Source: Nostoc punctiforme PCC 73102 (lineage in GTDB: Bacteria > Cyanobacteriota > Cyanobacteriia > Cyanobacteriales > Nostocaceae). From it: a stretch of DNA of 32,000 nt. Location of the stretch: contig NC_010628.1 of the NCBI RefSeq assembly GCF_000020025.1, positions 5,310,001 to 5,342,000 of the forward strand, written 5' to 3'. Positions 26,171 to 32,000 of the stretch are shown here, piece after piece. The notes below the pieces were generated by a model. That model saw nothing but the letters and a program-made list of their open reading frames with translations. It was not told the DNA's origin and did not search any database. A program made the position numbers and the translations under genes. Numbering within the stretch: position 1 is the first letter of the stretch; every line of letters starts with the position of its first letter.

Positions 26171-27634
26171 TTAAGGGGTGCAAGGAGAAGCACCAGTGGT
26201 GGTGTTTACGCAAGTATTCACAACAGTTCTAGCCACTGTTTTGATCGTATTGGGAAGAGGAGCATATCCTCGATTTATAGCTATCTGATCTGGAGTGGGG
26301 TTGGAGGAATTGGTAGCGGGAGGAACTGGCTGTGTTGAATTTGCTAAAGCCCAGTTAATGAAGGTTCTAATATGAGTTGCTATCAAATTGCCTGTGGTAC
26401 TGTTTTGGTATACGTCATAAAACAGCGCATAAGTTGCTGCGGAAATTGGATAGGCAGTTGCAGCATTTGGATCGGCCAAGTTATCAATTCTAATCAGCCT
26501 GTTAGAAGGAGCAGTACCATATTTCACGATGGTTCCAACACTCAAAGCGCCTTGAATTCCAGCTGTTGTAGGACCAACGTATACATTTGCTTTGTTCTGT
26601 AAAAGTGCAGCAGGTAGACTTCTAGCTAAACGTGTAGCACTATCTACATAACCAATTGCACCATTATTGGCTGAGATTGCAGTGGCTACACCTCCACCTC
26701 CTGAAGCAGATAGGAAGGTGGTTGGCCAAACAACTGTGTTTGCTGGTGGTGTTGGAGGTACTGTACCTGAAGTACTTATGCTACCAACTCCTTTATCCCA
26801 TATATTAGCTGCTTGAATAGTTGAAGTCGCAGCAGTCTTACATACAGTATTGAGATGAGTGCTTAAAACAAAGGTACTACCACTATTGTCACTACGACGT
26901 ACAACTTTGATGGGTAAATTGACTGCAATGACTGCGCCGCCATTATCTGTTCTAATTCTGGAATCATTCCAATTTGTGATGGTGCCTTTCAAAATACCAC
27001 AGTAAGTATTTCGGGAAAGCTTCAGTCCGGCTGCTGGTATGCTAAGACCAGTACGGTTGTAAGATAACGTGATTCCAACACCTACTACAGGCACTTGAAT
27101 AGCCTTTCCGCTATTAGGTTTTCCAGTACCGATGGTGACTGTTTGTTCTATTTGTGTTCCTGCTAAAGGGTCGTCAGTAGCTGCAAACGAGACTGGGGCT
27201 AAAATGGTAGGGCCTGGTGATGCTAGTGGTACGGTTTGATTGAAAAAAGCTGCTATGCCTGCGCCGCTACCAACCGAAGCATATCTGAATGTGTCGTTAT
27301 TAACGACTGGGCCATAAGTTCCAACTGGGCAACTATTGGTGATTGCAGCTAAATCAGCATTGAGAGATGGAGGATTTCCAACGCCGAAAACGTTAAACCA
27401 TGAGCCTTTTGAACCAAAAGGACATGGATTCGTCTCTCCAGTACCTACAAACAAAGTATTTACAGTGCTTGCACCTAGACCATTTATGGAGGTTACTCCA
27501 GCTGGGGGAGGAGTAGTGGAAGTCTGAGCTAGAGATTTCTGAGTAGCTGATTGAGCAGCTAATAAACCAATTGTGATGGCAAGTACAGAAATTGAACTTG
27601 TCAAATTACTTAGGCGATCGCGGTAGAAAACCAT
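26171..27634 (-). CDS. PstS-family (phosphate-binding-protein-like) periplasmic substrate-binding protein, oversized and orphan
   Basis: PstS-type motifs YASVGSGAGIAAF, FAATDDPL, LSRNTYCGILKGTITNWND, VVRRSDNSGSTFVLSTHL, GAIGYVD, AYPISAATYALFY. Signal peptide MVFYRDRLSNLTSSISVLAITIGLLAAQSA. The track starts at TTG 27649, but ATG 27634 is preceded by AAGGAG at 6-nt spacing. Confidence 0.65.
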   Translation of the reverse strand: MVFYRDRLSNLTSSISVLAITIGLLAAQSATQKSLAQTSTTPPPAGVTSINGLGASTVNTLFVGTGETNPCPFGSKGSWFNVFGVGNPPSLNADLAAITNSCPVGTYGPVVNNDTFRYASVGSGAGIAAFFNQTVPLASPGPTILAPVSFAATDDPLAGTQIEQTVTIGTGKPNSGKAIQVPVVGVGITLSYNRTGLSIPAAGLKLSRNTYCGILKGTITNWNDSRIRTDNGGAVIAVNLPIKVVRRSDNSGSTFVLSTHLNTVCKTAATSTIQAANIWDKGVGSISTSGTVPPTPPANTVVWPTTFLSASGGGGVATAISANNGAIGYVDSATRLARSLPAALLQNKANVYVGPTTAGIQGALSVGTIVKYGTAPSNRLIRIDNLADPNAATAYPISAATYALFYDVYQNSTTGNLIATHIRTFINWALANSTQPVPPATNSSNPTPDQIAINRGYAPLPNTIKTVARTVVNTCVNTTTGASPCTP

Positions 27635-27640
27635 GTCAAG

Positions 27641-27646
27641 CTCCTT
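27641..27646 (-). promoter_or_regulatory. Shine-Dalgarno AAGGAG for the PstS-like gene
   Basis: Minus-strand reading ttgAAGGAGcttgacATG. The SD sits inside what the ORF track treats as codons 2-3, which argues for the ATG at 27634 as the true start. Confidence 0.5.
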
Positions 27647-28580
27647 CAAGTTAATTTTTGGGTGTTAACCCTAATAAATCCAAATCAAGTGTCAAACTGG
27701 CAATTATCAATAACCTTCTTTAAGGACAAAAACTGACACTGTAAAAATTATTGACAAATTAAAAGTTTGCACAAAGTGTTTAAGAATGTAGAGATAATTA
27801 AAAGCAAATTTATAAGAATTTTGAGCGTATTTAACTATTGTTAATACGCCAAGTTAAGTAATTTTTGCTAGTCAAAAACTCTACATTCTTAAAGTAAGTT
27901 CGCATAAATAAACATTCATAGCTTTAGTACAAGTAATTGGTTACTAGATACTATGAATTATGCCTTAATTCACATTTTCGGCTTCTTGTAACCTGTTAAA
28001 AAGCTACGTTTATTTTTACCAACTTACTTGTTTCGGATGGCAATTTTATCTTAAATTATGGAAATCACTTTATTTAATTCATATCCACAGCAGTTTGCAC
28101 AAGCTACCGCCAAGGTACAAAGTAAGGAAAGTCATGATTTCACTAATTTTTTGAGAATGCTATGGCTAATAGCTGTTGAAATTTGCCAACGGAATTAACA
28201 GTATAGTGTTAAGGTAAAGTTCAAGTCATGATTACATTATGAAATGATTAAAAAAAGTTAAATGTATTTTTTTAATTTATTCATTGTTTAAAAAGTAAGT
28301 TTTTTTGAGGTTTTTTATTACTCTGTCCAAAGTAAAATCTAATTTTTTCTTGAGGTTATGAATTTGCTTGCATGACTCTTTTAGAGTGTTTAATAATCTA
28401 TTCAATAAAGTATATACATTTTACAAATTAACCATAACCTGTATCAACGAAAATGCGTTGTTTCAGCAATTTATTAGTTGTGTAGGTATAGCCCAACCCA
28501 GGCATCGGAAAAAATAGCTGAAAAATCTAGCTATTATAATCAAAAACTTATAAGTAGGTCGGCATAAAAATTTGTCGTTG

Positions 28581-28670
28581 AGAGAAGGCAGGAGGGAAGA
28601 GAGTTTTTGTCTACTTTGTCTTTCTTTTCTTGCCTTGCTTCTCTTCTCCCCCTGCCCCCCGGCTGCCTTC
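28581..28670. repeat. composite G-rich / C-rich hairpin-forming repeat
   Basis: agagaaggcaggagggaagagag ... cttgccttgcttctcttctccccctgccccccggctgccttc. Same family as the other CTGCCCC-type repeats. It generates the spurious ORF 28463-28672. Confidence 0.6.
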
Positions 28671-28688
28671 AACCAAAAAATTCCTTAA

Positions 28689-28944
28689 CCGAACAGTATT
28701 GGAGCCACTTCTGCTGGTGGCTCATTTAACCACGGAACTACATTCAAGTTAAGTGTTAACGATTTCAGCACTTTGATACATTGCTCAACTTTACGGGAAC
28801 CGTCTTGCCGATAGAGGAACTAATCCAATTGCTAGATTATTCCAGGCAAGCAATGGAAATTTTTTATATAGGCTGACCTTCATAGGTGGCACAAGTAGCT
28901 TTGGCACATTGTTTCGCTTGGCATCACCAGATTTTACGCCTTAG
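28689..28944 (+). pseudogene. decayed fragment of a GloVer-type (choice-of-anchor tandem repeat) protein gene
   Basis: Two frames joined by a frameshift read PNSIGATSAGGSFNHGTTFKLSVNDFSTLIHCSTLRE* and YGNRLADRGTNPIARLFQASNGNFLYRLTFIGGTSSFGTLFRLASPDFTP*. This matches the GloVer repeat pattern (GG....GT(V/L)FKL ... tLh.F ... G..P.a.L.qa.nGnfYGtT..GG....GT(V/L)F(K/R)L). There is no start codon and there are internal stops. Confidence 0.4.
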
Positions 28945-29501
28945 CGGAGCTTAACCGTGTAGGTATCGCTTTAAAATAGCCCTGAACGCTGGCTTTCTGT
29001 TGTGCCTGTAAGCATACTCATAGAAATCCTAAATACAACTCAGCGCTCAAAACTCCGTCTGGAAAAGGAATTCAGATTTGACTCTAGCGATAGTGATTAA
29101 AGAGCGGTATGCTACCAAGGATTATCTCGCATTTCCAATGGATTCCCCAAACTCATAACTTTAAGAAGACTGTGGTAGTTCTGGTTAAAGGGACTTCTAA
29201 ACAAAAAAACATCCAACTATTTATTATGGGATGAGCAAGATGCCCGCCCTACAAGATTGGATAATTTATTTCTTGAAAATCTCAAAGGCTTGAAACCTAG
29301 TCTCTCAAATCATGCATACTTAATTAAATAAGTATTAATGTTTTGTTAACTTAACTTAATATAGGTTTGTGTATAGTATAGGACTTTGCTAGCTATAACT
29401 TTATAATTTGAGGATAAATAAATGTTAGATCATGTAAAATTGTAATGCTTGTAAAATTTGAAACAACCAACACTCATAGTACACCATAGGAAAATTAGCA
29501 A

Positions 29502-30122
29502 ATGTCTAGACAAAGTTCTCACAAGAGAAACTTTTTCAAAGCTTTAACTGGTAGCGCTGTCAAAGGATCTCATAAGTTAAGACTGGGACTGGAATCCAGT
29601 TTATTCATTCTGATTGAATCTATACCTTTTTTGATTGCTTGTGCTGTACTTGTAAGCGTTATCAGCCTAAAAAGTCCTATCCTGCTTTTTTGTTTACTAG
29701 TTGGTAGTTTAATTGCAGTCATTACCCAGCAAATTGGGCAGCAGTTTCATTTACCCAGGCGATCGCTAATATTATTGCAAATAATAGCAGCAGCCATCAT
29801 TCTGAGTTTTTATTGGTTAGACTGTTTTGCAGGCCCCGCACAAGCGCAGTTTTTTGGGGAAGCTGAAAAGTTTTTCAAAAAAACTTTGAGTGATAGTTCA
29901 ACAACAAATAGTGGTGGTAGCAACACAGCTGTAAGTTTGATATTTAATGTGTTGCGGGCGATTTACTTACTATATATTGCAATCTCCCTGGTCGGTGTGA
30001 TCAACGCAGTGCGTAAAGATGAAGATTGGCAAAGCATTGCCAGAACTCCCCTATTAGTCGTTGTTGCTGTTACTATTGCTGATGTACTCACACGCTTTGT
30101 AATTGGCGATAGCAGTAAATAA
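29502..30122 (+). CDS. polytopic membrane protein; the C-terminal 91 aa have a VirB2/TrbC pilin-like layout (speculative)
   Basis: 206-aa ORF with aggaaa 9-14 nt upstream of the ATG. Three N-terminal TM helices are followed by A113-Q-A115|Q (AxA signal-peptidase-like site), a polar stretch and two more hydrophobic helices. First gene of a tight three-gene set. Confidence 0.45.
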   Translation: MSRQSSHKRNFFKALTGSAVKGSHKLRLGLESSLFILIESIPFLIACAVLVSVISLKSPILLFCLLVGSLIAVITQQIGQQFHLPRRSLILLQIIAAAIILSFYWLDCFAGPAQAQFFGEAEKFFKKTLSDSSTTNSGGSNTAVSLIFNVLRAIYLLYIAISLVGVINAVRKDEDWQSIARTPLLVVVAVTIADVLTRFVIGDSSK

Positions 30123-30136
30123 TTCAGATATTTCAA

Positions 30137-30514
30137 ATGTCTCAAGAGCGGGAACAAGAATTTCGTCCAGTTAATCAGGTTCTGGGAAGCCAACCTTCTC
30201 TAGGGCCCATCCCTGCCGATCAAATTCTTCCTTGGACGGTGATTGCCTTAGCCTCCTACTTTATTATCAATGGAATTTTTGGGGGTCTTTTCCAAGAAGA
30301 ATTTCAAAAATGGTTGTGGACAGTACTAATGACTGGTTGGGGAATAGGAACCTGGTGGATTTTAACTGGTGGTAGGAGTTGGAGTTTTTTAAGTAAATTT
30401 ATTGGCGTTCCCGCTTGGACAAGAGGCTTTGCTCGTTATCAAAGCTTACTGGAAGTTAACCATGAAGCAAAAAATCGGAAAACAAAGCGTCGGCATCGCC
30501 GGAAACGAAAGTAG
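30137..30514 (+). CDS. small 2-TM membrane protein, VirB3/TrbD-like by topology and position
   Basis: 125-aa ORF starting 14 nt after the previous stop. It has a polar N-terminus (RPVNQVLGSQPSLGPIPADQIL), two adjacent TM helices and a strongly basic tail (KNRKTKRRHRRKRK). It lies immediately upstream of, and overlaps, the VirB4-like ORF. Confidence 0.45.
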   Translation: MSQEREQEFRPVNQVLGSQPSLGPIPADQILPWTVIALASYFIINGIFGGLFQEEFQKWLWTVLMTGWGIGTWWILTGGRSWSFLSKFIGVPAWTRGFARYQSLLEVNHEAKNRKTKRRHRRKRK

Positions 30515-32000
30515 ATTAACACCATTTGAAGATGCCTTACACTTGGCGACAATGTTACGTGTCGCTATGAATGGACGCGATATTGGTGCATACCTTTTGA
30601 CAAAAGGCACTCAAAAAGATCGGTTTTGCTTTGTTTTTGGTTTTGACTGTAAGGGAATTCATACTACCTTAAGACCCGAACAAATCGATACACTTTTTAA
30701 TAACATTGAAGCTGGATTAAAAGATATCCCTAGCGGTGAAAGAATGACACTGCACTTGGGATCTTTTAGCTCCGACAAAGAGCGCCAAAAAGAATTAGCA
30801 TCACTAATCAAAAATGCGCCATCACGAGATATCAAATACTTGTTGATGGCAGAAAGAGCCAGAGTCAAAGAACTGACTGTTTCTGGTGTTCGCAAGCCAA
30901 AATTTTTGCGGATTTATGTCACCTACACCATTGAATCTAACTCACAACATGCAGATGATTGGATAGAGAAGCTTTTAGTCAAAGCTGAATCATGGTGGTT
31001 GAAATTCAAAGGTGAACTCTCAGAAGTAGAAAATCAGCGCATCGAAACCCTAATCACAAATGCTTACAAGCAGGGTTTTCTGCGTTGGGAACAGATTTTA
31101 TCTAATCAAATGGGATTGGATATCAAACCTTTGACAGCAGATGAACTCTGGAAAGAGGTCTGGAAAAGGTTTAATGATACAGAGGCAATAGAGATTCCTC
31201 AGTTGATGACATTAGATGAACAAGGACTGCACGAGCAAGTCAATTCAGATTTAGCTAGTACTAAATTGCTCATAGACAATATCCACGGCACAACTTTGCT
31301 GATGGAGTCTAGCGTACCTTGTGCCGATCGCCGTTGGGTTAATGTTAACAATCGTTATATTGGCGCACTGTCATTTCTCGAAAAACCCGGAGGTTGGCCA
31401 AATAAATCTTCCCAACTGCGATATTTATGGGAATTATTGGCCAGAGAAAGAGTAGCAGATACAGAGATTTTTTGTGAGTTGACTGCCGCAAATCCAGCAA
31501 TGGTAAAAACGACTTTGCAACGAGTGCTGAAGCAGTCAAACATGACGACAATCATGGCTCAAGAAAAAAGTAAAACCATTGATGTTAACGCTCAATTGAA
31601 GCTGAAGAAATCGGTAGCGGCGCAAGAACAATTATTTGAAGGTGCAGTCCCGATTTATACGAGTATTGCTATTTTGGTACACCGTCCAACTGTTGAAAAA
31701 TTAGATGAGGCAATAAGGTATATTGAAAACTGTTTTCAACGTCCAGCAAGGGTAATTAGGGAAACTGAATATGCCTGGAAAATTTGGCTGCAAACTCTAC
31801 CAATAGTTTGGGAAGGTTTATTAGCAACACCTTTTAACCGTCGTCAGCTATATTTAACCAGTGAAGTTCCTGGATTAATGCCTTTAGTTTTAACTAAACG
31901 GGGTGACAAAGAAGGCTTTGAATTGATTGCCGAAGAAGGCGGAACACCGGTACATTTAGATTTGTTTAATCAACACAAAAACTTAGCTTTGTTTGCAACA
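30462..32000 (+). CDS. VirB4/TraC/TrbE-family type IV secretion ATPase, N-terminal 513 codons (continues beyond window)
   Basis: I translated the frame by hand (codons starting at positions divisible by 3). It is open from the stop at 30390-30392 to 32000, and the first ATG is at 30462 (MKQKIGKQSVGIAGNESRLTPFEDALHLAT...). The domain order resembles the VirB4 N-terminal region. It ends ...EEGGTPVHLDLFNQHKNLALFAT, i.e. just where the Walker A (GxxGxGKS/T) normally follows. Missing from the ORF track because no stop lies in the window. Confidence 0.55.
   Translation, partial: MKQKIGKQSVGIAGNESRLTPFEDALHLATMLRVAMNGRDIGAYLLTKGTQKDRFCFVFGFDCKGIHTTLRPEQIDTLFNNIEAGLKDIPSGERMTLHLGSFSSDKERQKELASLIKNAPSRDIKYLLMAERARVKELTVSGVRKPKFLRIYVTYTIESNSQHADDWIEKLLVKAESWWLKFKGELSEVENQRIETLITNAYKQGFLRWEQILSNQMGLDIKPLTADELWKEVWKRFNDTEAIEIPQLMTLDEQGLHEQVNSDLASTKLLIDNIHGTTLLMESSVPCADRRWVNVNNRYIGALSFLEKPGGWPNKSSQLRYLWELLARERVADTEIFCELTAANPAMVKTTLQRVLKQSNMTTIMAQEKSKTIDVNAQLKLKKSVAAQEQLFEGAVPIYTSIAILVHRPTVEKLDEAIRYIENCFQRPARVIRETEYAWKIWLQTLPIVWEGLLATPFNRRQLYLTSEVPGLMPLVLTKRGDKEGFELIAEEGGTPVHLDLFNQHKNLALFAT

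Noticed and set aside
8087-27649. ORF-track start positions at TTG codons (8087, 16152, 17583, 27649).
   Set aside because: In each case an ATG lies 3-18 nt downstream (8105, 16161, 17586, 27634). For 27634 it is preceded by a strong AAGGAG. I used the ATG starts, though the TTG alternatives cannot be excluded for the first three.
27650-27800. Search for a cyanobacterial Pho box (direct repeats of PyTTAAPyPy(T/A) at 11-bp phasing) upstream of the PstS-like gene.
   Set aside because: I see isolated TTAA-containing octamers (gttaattt, gttaaccc) but no convincing set of three phased repeats, so I make no regulatory call.
28058-28198. 46-aa plus-strand ORF (MEITLFNSYPQQFAQATAKVQSKESHDFTNFLRMLWLIAVEICQRN) in the desert, in a locally less AT-rich patch.
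   Set aside because: It has no SD and no recognisable family, and it is too short to support from sequence alone. It could be a gene remnant, and is worth a blastx but not a call.
28463-28672. 69-aa minus-strand ORF in the gene desert.
   Set aside because: Its N-terminal half is encoded by the G-rich/C-rich repeat (MKAAGGQGEKRSKARKERQ...). There is no SD and no motifs.
30659-31555. Minus-strand ORFs 30659-30895, 31345-31551 and 31355-31555.
   Set aside because: They lie antisense within the long plus-strand VirB4-like frame, which is open for more than 1.5 kb and has family-like sequence. The antisense ORFs are short and featureless.
1-32000. tRNA, rRNA, tmRNA, RNase P, riboswitch and NtcA-box (GTA-N8-TAC) scan of intergenic regions.
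   Set aside because: I found no T-arm GGTTCGAATCC-like motif, no rRNA-like conserved blocks and no exact GTA-N8-TAC in promoter regions. The near-misses had N6, N7 or N11 spacing. A covariance-model search would be needed to exclude small RNAs.

Overview
This looks like a chromosomal segment of a filamentous, Nostocales-type cyanobacterium. The evidence is dense HIP1 (GCGATCGC) sites, STRR-like heptamer arrays, and gene content such as pxcA/cemA and small cyanobacteria-specific proteins.

Positions 1 to about 19 kb are an ordinary, tightly packed housekeeping region. It holds an aroE fragment, an alpha/beta hydrolase, an ECF-like sigma protein, a DUF2330 protein paired with an RnfD/NqrB-like membrane protein, a polysaccharide deacetylase, a PfkB sugar kinase, a small LuxR regulator, a glycosyltransferase plus rfbB, a Ser/Thr kinase, msrA, a DUF202 protein, an SF1-helicase-like P-loop protein, pxcA and mltA.

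From about 19.2 kb to the end the character changes. HIP1 almost disappears, intergenic regions become long and AT-rich, and the genes look accessory:
- an orphan 142-aa protein;
- a 1770-aa FG-GAP/DUF4114 protein built from three nearly nucleotide-identical 1.43-kb tandem copies of a seven-blade propeller;
- an orphan, oversized PstS-like binding protein;
- a 1.85-kb gene desert containing a decayed GloVer-repeat gene fragment;
- at the window edge, a three-gene module: a polytopic pilin-like protein, a VirB3-like 2-TM protein, and a VirB4/TraC-like ATPase.

The ATPase ORF is open to the window end and is absent from the ORF track. I interpret this module as the start of a cyanobacterial (MPF-C-like) type IV secretion or conjugation locus, and it is my best candidate for an undescribed system. 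I saw no rRNA, tRNA or CRISPR array. All family assignments come from motif recognition by eye, not from database searches.
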